The notes beneath the pieces were generated by a model that worked only from the letters and a program-made list of their open reading frames with translations, was not told the origin of the DNA and ran no database searches. A DNA stretch of 64,000 nt, taken from positions 39,928,001 to 39,992,000 of the forward strand of contig OZ287749.1 in the NCBI GenBank assembly GCA_965649765.1. The letters are read 5' to 3'. Shown piece by piece: positions 1 to 13,282 of the stretch (positions are counted from its first letter, which is position 1; every line of letters begins with the position of its first letter). This DNA is from Bispira polyomma. Its lineage: Eukaryota. Position numbers and translations under genes: made by a program.

Positions 1-500
1 TTCTTAAGAAATTGCATTGGCTCCCTGTTGAACAGCGTTCAGTGTTTAAGACAGCTACACTTGTTTATAAGTTTCTCCACACTGGGTTTCCAAAGTATTT
101 TGCCCCATATCTTTCCATTTACAGTAGTTCCTACAATACCAGACGTAGTCAGAGTGGTAGTAATTTCCTTGTTGTTTCGAAGTTCTACCCATCTACTCAA
201 AAGTCGGTTAAACAGTTTGGTCACAGCTTGCTTTTGATGCTCCCATTGTTTGGAATGCTCTTCCTGATGTGATTCGTGCTTCCCCCTCACTAGCCTGTTT
301 TAGAAAGCAGCTTAAAACCCACTTGTACACTAAAGCATACCCACATTAGTCTCAATCATCCCCCGGCGCGCTGTATGTTGCTGACCCTTTTTCTGTCCCT
401 TGATTTTGGAAATTGGATAACTGTCTTTTGTGCTGGTGCGCTTTAGAGTCACCTTTGTTAAGGGGAGATTAAGCACAATAAAAGTCTAATTACAATTACT
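1..500 (+). mobile_element. 3' end of a CR1/L2-like LINE (decayed ORF2 C-terminus and 3'UTR)
   Basis: LHWLPVEQR..FK..L.YK motif, then frameshifted FRKQLKTHLYTKAYP*; window-truncated. Confidence 0.85.
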
Positions 501-3119
501 CCAAATGCTTTCTAGGACTTGTTTACTGATATAAGCCTTGTCCTTAAATTAGTTTTAATTTTTTGAAAGAATTGCAATAACACAAGCATGTGTATTCAAC
601 AGATTATATACACCAAAATTGGTTGAGCCACTGGAAATACTTTCTAAGAAAAAGTGGTGACAAGCAGGCGTTAGTAAATGTTTTCAACCTGTGACCTTGA
701 TAAAGGTTAAATTTATACATAATCTTCTCAATTTATACCTTTTAAGGCTAAAGAGGTTAAAAGAGATATTAAAGGAAGACCATAACGTGTCAAAACCTGA
801 CACAAAAGCAACTAAGCCCCCTTTTTTAAGGTACGCTTAATTAGCATTTGATTACCAGATAATGGTAGACAAATACTTAGACTATAGATTTGAATACAAC
901 AATTACACCATAATTGTTTACATGATATTTGTGTATCTGTGTAGCCTTTAATTAACAGAAAGTTCTTATTTTATGGCCTTTTGTGACGGGAGACATACCG
1001 AGATGTACTTACGGAATACCAGTGGGATTCCGCCTCGGATTGCCTTCTTTCCATCCAAGTGAGACTTCGAACTACAAAATAGGACCAAACAATCCAGAGA
1101 ACATGCTACACTCAATAATGGTTCTGCAACATTTACTCTAGTGAACTATAAAACCTATTAATTTCTGCTATTTTGCTTCTCCACATGCTTTCTAGGACTT
1201 TTTGAAAGAAATATAATGACACAAGCATATTAGGCTAATATAACCATTTCAGTTCTGCAGCATTTGCACTCGAACACCAACAATTATGGTTCGGCAGCCA
1301 CTTCATTCCAATTTTGCTTATGCTGCTCTTAGTTTATTGTTGTATATCCCTTTGTGCTACAATGTTTAATAATACCACCCCAATAACATGCATGTAGCAA
1401 CAAGCATTTAACATTACTACATAAATAAGTTTTAGACTGACCTAAAACAGTTTCAAATACTCTTTCAAATAATCTATTTTCCACCTACAACAAAAATACT
1501 AAAACATATTTACAACTAGAGGGGGTTATAAATCTTCATACAAAGAAAACAATCAAATATTGTAATGATCCCTTGAATATGTGTTAAAAAAACCCAGTTT
1601 GCTTATTAACAAATGTTACAAAAGGATGATTGAAAAGACACAATTCTATATTCTCAGCTCCCTCCATTTGGGGATATAATAAATACAAATCATTAATTTT
1701 AACGGATTAATCTCCATGAAACATGATGATTTCCTCAAATTTGCAATGTAATAATTTCTACAAAATCTATCTTGTTTCTATACACACAATTCTTAATACT
1801 CTGTGACTTATAGATTTACTAAATCTGTTGTGGGATTCTAAATGACTTTGAGATTGAGCCTCAAAGTTAGATTAATATAGTGAGGAGCTTTACCCCAAAA
1901 TACACCTATGTATGAAATTTTACTCATTTCCACGTATTATTTTTCGAGCAAGAGTTTGGCTGTCAATAGTGTGGAGTTATGGAAGCTTGACGGTACTGTA
2001 ACCAGAGTAAAATCCCTGACTTTAATTTGGGGACACAATTCCAACAAAAGTGCTGGTCAACATATTGAGGATGTACTTTTTAATGTATTGTCATTTCATC
2101 AAATTTTGCATTCCAATGCAGTTGTCTATTAGACTCAGTTTATAGATAACAGGACAGTACATCTAAATATTTATTACTAAAACAGCTTACCTCAGAAACA
2201 GTAACTCTTCACCACGACATTTCCAAGATACCACAGTCCCCCCTGCAGTGCACAATTCAATATTAAGTACAATCTCATATATTGTATAATCTTTCTAGCA
2301 CAATATCTGCTAGCTTAAGAAATTAGAAACTGAAAGTTTTGTTGACATATTAGAAGGCTCATATAACACAGAAGAGGTACAGGTATATATCAAAACATAA
2401 ATATAGACCCTGGATTGGTGTTTATAAAAGATTTATATAATGGCGGCTTACAAATATCAGATTACAGTAGCAACTATATGTGACCAGAAATGGAAACCAG
2501 GGTCAGGCAATCTAATGCGCGGGTCAGATTTAAGCTATAAGTTTGGAATTAAGCTTAAACTGGGTTCATCAGGGTTAATTTCCAGTATTTTGTGTCATAT
2601 CTCCAAAAAATATTACTTGGAATGCCAACAAAATTTCTAATATTTCTCAGCAACTTTACTGTAATGTTTTGAACCATACAGATCTGTTTTAAGGTCAATG
2701 TTCTGGTCCTAAAATGGTCAGTTTTCATGTTTTTGCTTCATATAATCTCAAGAACTATTGGGTTTAGGGAGTAGAAATGTATTGTCAGCCTGTAGGAAAC
2801 CAGGGTCAGGCAATCCAATGCACTGGTCAGATTTGACCTCTGACCTTAGGTTCAAGGCCAAACTAGAATCATCAGGTAAATTGCCAGTTTTTTGTATCAT
2901 ATCTCAAGAAATATTACTTGTATGTAATGCTATTCACCTCACAATATGCCATAAAATATGTCTGCAAATGAACTTCAATTGTGAGGATTACTCAAAGATG
3001 GCGTTAAAACGGTAAAAGCACTGTTTAATTTAGGTAATAATTAGTTATCTGTGAGCGAAAATGTTTAGGATTGTAGGTGTTCCATGTTTGCGGTCCATGT
3101 GTTGTACATGCATGCACAT

Positions 3120-4645
3120 ATGCTATAAAGGCTTTTTACTGTAACACCCTATCTACGGTACAACTAAACAATGATTTGACAAACTGGTTTGTAACAGAAT
3201 CCGGGGTAAGACAAGGGGATAATTTGTCACCTACACTATTTAATGTATACTTAAATGACTCGGTCATTGAACTTAATAGTCGCAAACTTGGAATCAGTAT
3301 CAATGATACTGATTTGTCTTTTACTATATGCAGATGATATTGTTTTGATTAGCGAAAATGAAGATAATCTGCAACAAATGTTGTCTGTTGTAAATCAATG
3401 GTGCTCAAAGTGGCAAATGAAAATAAATGCAAAAAAAAAAAAAAAATAGTACATTTCCTTAAAAGCAGAATGATACAAACTAACTTTAAATTTAGTATGA
3501 GTGACAATCAGCTGGATATTGTCAAAAATTATAAATATCTTGGTATAATTTTAGATGAAAATTTAATCTTCAAAGAATCTTGACAAACTTTGAGTGGTTC
3601 AGTTAGCAGGACTGTATCTTCAGTAATATCAAAGTTTTATACTGTAAAATATAGCTCGATTGGATACAATACTTTCACAAAATTGTACGACAGTGGTGTA
3701 AGATCTATTTTAGACTAAGCAGCAAGTGTATGGAGTTATGGTAATGATAAATATATGCAAAAAATACAAAATCGTGCAATCCGTTATTTTCTTGGTGTCC
3801 ATTAAAATAACCAAATTCTAGGTTTACAGTCAGAAATGGGGTGGTTGAATATTAAGTATTATTATTATTTGTGTACCTTACGATATTGGAATTGTTTAAT
3901 GAAAATGAGCCATGAGTGGTTGACAAGAAAAATCTGTGAGAATGATCTTAGAAACATTAGTAATTATAATTGGTCAGGTAATATTTACACTGTATAGTGG
4001 AGAAACTGAATGCTGAAGAATGTTTTGTAAATAGTGATGCATTTGACCTTAAAAATATTAAAGAAAAATTATTTAACTTATTGGACATTGACTGGTCAGA
4101 AAATATACCAAGTATGCCAAAATTAAGAAACTATGTTCATTTTAAAAGTGATATTGAAGCTGAAAAATATTTAAAAGTAGCATTAACACGCTCACAAAGA
4201 TCACTTCTTGCTCAGGTTCGTCTTGGCATATTACCACTGATAATCGAAACAGGTCGATACTATAGAACCCCCCTTGATGAGAGATTGTGTAAAATATGTA
4301 ATAAAGAATTGATTGAGGATGAAATTCACTTTTTATGTGTATGTGATTATTATGATCAGGAGCGTAAAACCTTGTACGATGAGTAAACTGTTGCAGGGTT
4401 TTTATGATTTTGATATTTATGTTAAACTCTATTAAATAATGCAGGATTGTCCAAAAGAACTAGCCTTATATGTAGAAATTATCTCGAATAAGTGTAAGGC
4501 ATTTATTGAAGTACATTAACTAGTCAAACACAACTGTATAGGTATTTTGAGTGACTTATAAGCCCAGAGGGTTGGACAACATTTGTTTTGTTTTTGTATC
4601 ACATGTATTATTGTAATGTTACATGTCACTAAAATAAATAAACTA
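3120..4645 (+). mobile_element. Decayed non-LTR retrotransposon (RT with C-terminal Zn knuckle, RTEX-like)
   Basis: GVRQGDNLSPTLF, LLYADDIVL, YKYLG, IETGRY..ERLCKIC..EDEIHFLCVC; many stops and frameshifts; ends near AAATAAATAAA. Confidence 0.85.
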
Positions 4646-5816
4646 TATTGGCTTTCGTTTATTTACTGATAGATATCAACAAATACGTTGTTGAAGTAGA
4701 TGTGTACTTTTTTGTTAATAATCAGTGCAATAGCGGGTGATATACTTGTATACTCAAGTTTTGTGTATTGTATATTCAAGCGTTATTTTTTGAGTGCACA
4801 GTTGACTACAACCTGAGGGGTAATAATCAAATTAAAAATAAATATTGTAGAACAACCAAGAAAGCAATGTGTTTCGATAATGGGTATCACAATTTGAAAT
4901 AATCTGGATAAAGCTGTGCTATCTTCAAAAAATCTATGTCAGTTTAAAAAGTTGTTAAAAAAGATATTTTTGATATGTATAAGGTTCGATTGGATTAATC
5001 AGTATAAAATAATATATAATAATTCTATCATTTAATTTTATAAAGGGTTACAAAATCTGTGGTTTCTTTTATGAAAGTGTATAATGTCAATATGTAGGAT
5101 GTTGGAACTTTTAGTTTGTGTAAATTTGTGTCTGGTAAATAAGGGGTTATTTTTTGTAGGTTTTCTACTCCTTTAACCCCTTTTCCACAGTAATAATTAA
5201 TTTAGTCAGGCTAACAAAATTTAATTTAGTCAAATTAACAAAATTAATTTAGTCCAGTTAGTAAAATTTAAATTATTTATTATACTAGTTTTAACTTAGT
5301 AATTTATTCTTAAGTGTAAAATTAACTTATATATATGTTAACACACACTATGCATGTACACTAATTATTACTGTTAAAATAAACTATATCTATCTATAAT
5401 ACGCCAATTCGTAGTTCCGAGTGCGCATGTGTAGTTCAACGGAAGTGAAAATCTTAAGCGCACATAAACAAATGAACTTATATGACTTGGCAAAATATAT
5501 TAAAATGATACTTCTCAGTTATTATTCCAAATAATAGCCTCAGATTTGGATATATGATGCATTAGTAGTGGTTCTTTGTAAATATATTTACTATATCATT
5601 AAAGGATAACATTCAGATTTAACTTTTATACAAGCACGATATTTTGCATAATAAAAATGCCGATTATTAATTAATTACTCAGAAAATACAGTAGGTATAA
5701 ATTTTACAAAAATATGATGAAAAAGCTTATTATATTGCGATTACTATGATATTTTTTGCATCAAAATCCCTTGCGAAATGACAGAGATATTAAATTTTTA
5801 ATATGGGTACCCATGT

Positions 5817-7790
5817 TAAATCTAATCTAATCTAATCGTACTTTTATAGCACTTAATCTTTGTACAACAAATTCTAAGGTGCAACTAACCTAAGCATTAA
5901 TCAAAAAAAAATCAGAAATGGGGGACGGATGGTGGTCATAACCAGAGAGACTACCGGGATGGTTGCGATGGCTAAGGTGGAAAGGCCTGTTCGAAAAGGT
6001 AGGCCTTCAGTTTACTCCTAAAAGAGGAGAACGTTTGAGCCAAGTGAACATGATCAGGCAGGCTGTTCCATATGAAGGGGCCATCATGAGCAAGGCAATG
6101 ATTGAAATGTACTTTGGATTTGTGGATGCGAGGGTCGAAAGTGGGAATGTTAAGATATAACTTATCAGGGTTGCTGCTCCTAGTCCTGACTGAGCATGTA
6201 TATTTGGATAGATGGGGGCTGAAATAGGTGGGTGATCCAGAATTTAGAAATTTCTATATAATTGTTGCAATTTTGAAAGCAACACAATATTTTATTGGGA
6301 GCCAGTGGAGTGACTTAAGTACAGGAGTAATATGAGAAAATTTAGAAGTTTTGGCCACGATGCGAGCCAATGAGTGTTGAACGTTCTGAAGACATTTGAG
6401 GTCACTACAAGATAGGGAACAAAACAGAGAGTTGCAGTAATCAAGCCTACTGCTGACCAAGGCGTTGGCAACAGCGATTGCAGTGGATTTGGTTAGATAA
6501 CGACTAATTCGCCTGAAATCACAGAGGCCAACAAAACATGATCTACACACGGATGCAACATGGTTGGAGAGGGAGAATTCAGAGTAAAACAACACACCCA
6601 GGTTGCGTACTTTGTCAGCTGGGAAAAGCCTGCTGCCAAGAATATCAACTGGGAAACAGCTGGACAGTTTTTCCCGTTGCAACTTGGAGCCAAACAAAAT
6701 AAACTCGGTCTTATCAGGGTTCAGCTTGAGTTTATTTGCTGCCATCCAGTGTTGTACATCAACAAGGCAGTTCTGTAAGGAGGTGAAAGCTGCCTGAGCA
6801 GAATCGGGTGTAAGGTGGATGTACAATTGGGTATCATCCGCATAGAAGTGAAAGTTTATGTTTTTGTATGCAGCAATGATCTTGCTGAGTGGGGTGGTAT
6901 ACATTGAGAACAAAATAGGACCCAGGACTGAGCCCTGGGGAACCCCAAATTTTAACCATGTAGGGTCGGACAAGATGGTGCCAATTTTGACCGATTGGAA
7001 TCTATCAGACAAATACGCCGTGAACCATTTAAGTGCAGTACCGTTGATACCAAACCAAGACGATAGGCACTCAAGAAGAACTTTGTGATCAATAGTATCA
7101 AATGCCGCCGACAGATCCAGCAGTACTAAGGCAGTAGGCATACCTTTAGATAAAGATATATGAACGTCATTTTTGATGCAGAGTAGTGCAGTCTCTGTAG
7201 AATGACCACTTCTGTACGCTGACTGATACTTATTGCATAGATTACTAACATCGAGATGTTGTTTGATCTGTAAGGCAACCACACGTTCAACCAACTTAGA
7301 GATATAGCAAAGGCCTGAGACAGGACGGTAGTTTTTCAAGTCAGCCTTTGGGAGAGAAGATTTTTTTATTAAAGGAGTGACAATGGCTTTTTTAAAATCA
7401 TTTGGAAAGACGCCATTGACCAATGAGAGGTTAACAAGTTTGGTGATTGAGGGCAATAAAATGTCAATACATTCCTTAACAAGGAATGTAGGCCGCGGAT
7501 CTAACAAGCAAGATTTTATGGGTGATGTAAGTATAATTTTCCTGACCTCATCAACAGTTACTGTGGAGAAACGGTTGAAGATGGTTGGTAGAGCTGATGG
7601 TAAAGGAGCATTTGGGGCAGCTGACGTAAAACTATCACGGATTCTGGTAATTTTATCAGTAAAAAAAGTACTAAAAATGTTTGCCAGTGATTTACTATTG
7701 CTGTTGTCGGGTAGTATAGTCTGTTTTTTCTGGTGTAGGGTGCTGTTTAATTTCTCCCAGAGTTTCTTTGAGTCACTTGGCTGCACATTT
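5817..7790 (-). mobile_element. 5'-truncated CR1/L2-like LINE with a 510-aa open RT segment
   Basis: NYRPVS, YQSAYR..HSTETAL, LDLSAAFDTIDH, GVPQGSVLGP, YADDTQ, LHWLP; (GATTA)n tail at 5817-5837. Confidence 0.93.
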
Positions 7791-8539
7791 GCCGTATACA
7801 GGTGCTTCTTGTTTATGTGCCGTATATAAGACCGGAAGATTGTAACTACGGCTGCGCAATCAGATCTACGAACTGGCTTATTGTCTGTCTTACGTGATCA
7901 AAAACCGGCACATCAAGGGTATATAACAACTGTGGGCGATAATGAAGGATTACTTTCAAATATAGTCAAAATAACGACTGACACTTCACAGATTCAACTG
8001 ATTCAGTATAGTGGGGACATACATACCATATAAATTAATTTTACAGGTACTACTGTATTTGTCGCTAGTTAAAATAACATTTTTTGACTTGTCCATCGTT
8101 TTGGGTTAACAAAGAAGTAAACAAATTGCACGTACTAAACCTACGTACCTACAAAAAGTTGGAAGTGGAAGGGTGCGGTTGGAAGGGTGCAGGGGTGCGG
8201 TAGAGGTGCACGGGTGCGGTAGAGGTGCGGTACTTCTCGATCAATTTAAATAGACTTCCCTTTAATGTATGCCATGTTATTTGGTATCAACATGTAGGTA
8301 AGAAAGTACTGAGAATTATACAAATGACTAAAATACTGTATTCGATATAACACCTCAGTCCCAATTGATTTTAATTGGCCCCTTTCTACTTCTACTTTAC
8401 TTCTGTGTAAATTAAGGGATACAAAGACAAGTGGTTCTGGGGAGACTGATATTTATACAGTTATATATGGACTATAAACTAAAAATCGAAAGGTGTTCTC
8501 TTGGAGTATTTTCCTGGTTATGATATCAAAAATCAAATT

Positions 8540-8694
8540 GTCTGATATATTTAAGAAACACCGCACCTCGTCACTTCCAAGTCACTTTCAACTGCCACAC
8601 CTCTATATTTTCCTTTTAAATCGAGACCAACAGCAAAGGGCTCTGTTGGGATATTTTCCTCAATATATATATATATATATTGAGGAAAATATCC

Positions 8695-8746
<52 letters not shown>

Positions 8747-9300
8747 TAAATGCTAAAATAGTTACAGCTACTTGTAAATACCCTACTTAGGCCTCAATTG
8801 CTGATATATTTAACACAGAAACCCCACACCTGATTACTTCCAAGTCCTTACAACTGCCGCACCTCTATACTTTCCTTCTAAATAGAAACAGACAACAAAG
8901 GGGCTCTGTTGGGGTATTTTCGTAAAGGTATATATATATATAGTTTAAATATTAAAATATGAACAGATACTTGTAAATGCCCTACTTGGGCCTCAAGTAC
9001 TAATATATGAAACAGAAATGCCGCACCTCGTAACTTCCAAGTCATTTCCAATTGCCACACCAAAAAACACTGCACTCATCTCAATGATAGACTCGATGTA
9101 TGTATAGTTTAAATGCTAAAATGTGTACAAATACTTGTAAATACCCTTCTGGTGCCTCAATTATTAATATATTGAACACAGAAACACCACACCACATTCC
9201 CTTGATTATTAATCTGATTATTTACTACCCGTTGCATGGATTACAATCCCCTTATGTAACTACCACACCTCTTCACTTCGAAGTCATTTTCAAGTACTGT
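8540..9300. repeat. Degenerate tandem repeat (about 170-260 bp units) with (TA)n tracts
   Basis: Recurrent GCACCTCGT.ACTTCCAAGTCA..T.CAACTGCC and TAGTTTAAATGCTAAAAT..TACTTGTAAATACCC blocks; (TA)n at 8662-8743 and 8929-8942. Confidence 0.75.
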
Positions 9301-10605
9301 ACCCATATACTTTACATGATTTTCCACTTTACAGAAAATAGGGTTTGTGAATATTTGATTTCAAGTAAACTAATGTATAATTATAATCCTGTATAGTAAA
9401 CTTTAAATACACTGTACCACCTCCAATTGTAATTAATATCCAACCTTTACAATACTGGCTAATATCGATGTTGGACCCCAACTTAAGATTGGGGCAATGT
9501 TAAGATGGGTTATAGCCCAACTCATTAAGATGCTAAATTAAACAGTCTGTCTTAACATTTTATTATTATTATTATGAATTTTTAACACACTTTATTGATG
9601 ATAGGCATAAGTATAAAAAATTTATGTAATTTTATAATTTTTATATAAATAATTCACATGTTGATAATTTAAAGGAAATAATTTTACATTTAATCGCAGT
9701 TTCCCGCTTCATTATTGAATGTTTTTTACTATTCACTGAAAGTAATTGATTATTTTACAGAGGCAATTCTATTTAACATATATTTTCTGATTGTAATTAC
9801 TCACTCAAAAACGGCCATAAATTCACAAAGGCCACAATAAGCTAAAATTATATCATTATAATCCAGGAAAATGCACTAAAAATCTTCTCATGATTTATTG
9901 ATGCCAAAGAAAAGGCTATGAATGTTGTTATAGTCAAGTAGATATAGTCTGTTAAACTCCACTCAAATGTGTTGCACTTTATTGAAATAAATCCTATTAG
10001 AAGCTAAAATCTACTGTTATAGAAGGTTGTAAGTTATGACCTCACTTGGCTTATTTAAGACCTAGGAGACTACCTTGGTAAACCCAGAAACTCATCAAGC
10101 CTGTGTAATATATATGGCTTCAACTTTGCCCCATTACCCTTCGCTCAATTTCCCTTACAAAAACACATTTTTTTCTCCTACAGAAACTATTTATAGCCAT
10201 AAAAATGTTGAAATAATAATAATAACACAGTAGCAGTTCCATGACATTTTCAGCCCAAGAAATTAATTGGAAAAGGTTATAAGTCCTTTACAATCAGCAT
10301 TTGTTTCTATAAATCCACCGCTTGCACGTATTTTAGCCCAGATTCAAGTGATTATCTTTTGTATTTATTCAAGTTAAAAGTGTTAATTAACAAAACATTT
10401 TATTTAAATTTTTGTCACTTAAATCGTAAAAACTGTACGTGTAGTTATACCAGGTACTAGAAGCTTTAATTTGTGGTTTATTCCCACCATCAACGAGGTA
10501 AAAAATTGCACTTCATTTTAAATGGATATTATTGCTTGTTTTAACTTCAGTTTTACTAAAAACGTCACATTGTTCAGACATGATGGTAGTCAATACTTTA
10601 TCTAT

Positions 10606-10885
10606 CACTGTGGCCTAGTGGATAACACACTTGTTTATGAGCACAGAGGGTCTGGATTCGATTCAAGCCGGGGTCGATAAGGTATAAGCAAACACATAGT
10701 GGCTCAGATGACCACTTATTGCAGTCCTCTGTCATTGAGTCCCAGCCCTAGTGGCAAACTAAAGATCCTTGGGTATATTGAAAAATGGTCATCCTGTAAC
10801 CCCCCCTTTTCAGTAGGATAATGTTAGTCAACTGATGCTTGTTAGCTGTTGGCAGTCAAGAAAAGGTTAATTAGCGCTTAAATAT
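10606..10885 (+). mobile_element. tRNA-derived SINE (family B); further copies at about 11951-12130 (+), 25735-25910 (-), 52610-52761 (-), 38205-38362 (-, weak)
   Basis: A-box TGGCCTAGTGG, B-box-like GATTCGATTC, shared body GGCTCAGATGACCA...GCAGTCCT.TGTCATTG. Confidence 0.7.
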
Positions 10886-11029
10886 AAAAAAATAGTTTGT
10901 AAAAGTTCTTAAATCTATTGTTCCTATAGTGTACATGGGAGACATAATATCACACCAGCTGATAAGTTTGACATTCTATGTATAAACCTGACTCTTATAT
11001 AATTGTCACAAGGTCAAGATTTCAAATCG

Positions 11030-11501
11030 GTTTAACATCACTTTCAACACATTATATGGGTCATATCATGACGGGCCGTTTCAGTGCCAGAGAAAACCAT
11101 TGTGTACTTGTGGGTCAAGATTCTGCACTGTAAACCAGCGACCATTGGCTAGTAACTACCAATTTCCCCACTTAAAGCCTAGACTGAGATCCGAACCAGG
11201 ATCTTAGATGTGGTAGGTGAGTGTGTTAGCACTGTGCCACCAAGGCCCACAAAGTCAAGAAAAACACATCCATTTTATATATTGGCCTTAGCAAATTTCA
11301 AAGCAGCCAATCTTTTACAGGACCATTGGCTAGTAAGTACCAATTTTCCCACTTAAAGCCCAGTCTGACTTTCGAACCAGAATCTTAAATGTGGGAGGTG
11401 AGTGTGATAGCACTGCGCCACCAAGGCCCACAAGGTCAAGAAAAACACATCCATTTTATATATTGGCCTGAGCACATTTCAAGGCAATCAATCTTTTACA
11501 G
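11030..11501 (-). mobile_element. SINE related to family A, with a 181-bp tandem duplication of its head and flank (11140-11320 / 11321-11501)
   Basis: Reverse strand contains GTGCAGAATCTTGACC and a tRNA-like head (GGTGGCACAGTG...GGTTCGGATC); two adjacent near-identical blocks. Confidence 0.65.
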
Positions 11502-12871
11502 GCGTCTCACCTAAAATGGTCACATGTAGAATTCTGTAGATAATCAGACTCTTGAAGTTGGTTAAAAGGTATTGTCACATTAGTGAAAGATTAAACCAAA
11601 GAACTGCCATTGTGATTGTGGGCTTTAGAAGATATCCTGTATTAATAAATTTATTGCTACATCACTTTTTCCAGATACAGATCCTGATATATCATATGTT
11701 CCCCTTCTTAAGTGTAACTCTACTTTTTTAAACACCTGTATATGTGTTGTAATATGTTAAGATAAAAAATAAAAAACATAAAAAAACACTGGTTAGATAA
11801 AGGAGAGCTGGCAAATACAATGCATGTCAACAGAAAAGTGTGCCATTCTAAAAAATGGCTGGAATTTATACCGGTTTACACATAAATCTACAGCAGTAAC
11901 CAGACATTTGGAAAAATATTGCTACAGATAATCCTAGCATCAATTTACATGCCACTGTGGCCTAGTTGGTAACACACTCGCTTAGGAACACTCAGGACCT
12001 TGGTTCAATCCAAGCCAGGAGACTCTACATACAAGCAGATACATAGAGGCCCGGATGACTAATTAAAATGGCAGTCCTTTGTCATTGGTGCCTATCTCTA
12101 AAGGTAAGCTAAAGAACCTTTGGACTTTGATAAATGCTGAAGAAAAAGTTATTAGTGCTATTAATTCCATATAAAGGTAGTTACATGTGCTGAGTAAAAA
12201 TTAGAACACAATATGACATAATGACAGCTCCAGTATTGTTGAAGTATTGATAAAGAAATGAAAAGGCTAGTAAATTTATGACGTTTACTTATTATGAAAA
12301 TGTTATAACAATGTTAAACTAAATAAGAGACCGAACTTATATTTTGATGAGATCAACTGACATTAGTCAAAAATTAATGCCAAACAAGGTTTATCGACCT
12401 CAACAAGTTTACCAGACTATTTACATTTCATATTTAAGTGGTACATAATGAACAATATAAAGAAAAAACTACTTTGAATAAATTAAATTTATTAATTAAA
12501 TTACAAAATCTATTACTTGTTTACATAGGTTAGTTGTTCACCACTATGTGGCTAAATTTTTTAACTGTATTTTGTTCTTGTTTCTACTGTCTGTTGAACA
12601 TATCATATTCAAAGTGTCTGGAATTCAGAGGGTTCAAGTGTGAACCTGTTTTCCAAACCAATTTAGCCAACCAGACCCCGTATTTTGCTAACTATATACT
12701 AGAGGATGACCATTAATTGCACTTTCATAATAAAATTTGCCTGTGCAACTTTAAAAGTTTAGACTTTCTTGTTTCATGTAAAATCTCCAACTTCCCACAT
12801 ACTGAACAACATTAATGTCAAAATCTGCATCAAGTGTATAAAAAAGACATTGAAGTAGTTTAGGCAGCTTA

Positions 12872-13282
12872 CTACAAAGGTCTTGGGAAGAAAAACACAA
12901 AGCTGATAATGACAAAGGCAATGTACATCAAACCAAATATTCTGTCCAGCAGCACACCAAACAACTCCCAGTCTTTCTTCCAGTTTGCGCGGCTAGGTTT
13001 CAGCTGCATTTTGGGCATAACGTGAGTGACAATCTCTTTGAGTTTGACCCGGAGAGTCCTCAGTTCCTCTGCTATCCTCCTGAGCTGCTGTGGGTTGATG
13101 TTAGAGCTGTCTGCAATATGTAACTGTTCTCTAATCTCACATAGCTCTGTCTCTGACTCAGACAGGTCCACTAACAACAGCTGGTTCTTCTCACCACCCA
13201 CAGTCTGGCCAGTGCTTTTGGCAGGTAACTTGCTGGGTGCATCGTGTAACATCAATAACCTTCCACCACGGCTGTAGATTAC
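12872..13282 (-). CDS. Receptor coding exon 8 (intracellular loop, MA helix, M4, stop)
   Basis: Acceptor CAACACAG in phase 0; ...DWELFGVLLDRIFGLMYIAFVIISFVFFFPRPL*. A minus-strand AATAAA at about 12493-12488 may be the poly(A) signal. Confidence 0.9.
   Translation of the reverse strand, partial: VIYSRGGRLLMLHDAPSKLPAKSTGQTVGGEKNQLLLVDLSESETELCEIREQLHIADSSNINPQQLRRIAEELRTLRVKLKEIVTHVMPKMQLKPSRANWKKDWELFGVLLDRIFGLMYIAFVIISFVFFFPRPL

Noticed and set aside
5395-8265. Possible DNA-transposon host split by the CR1/L2 insertion (ends in CCCTTTAA)
   Set aside because: I could not identify a matching left terminus or TSD.
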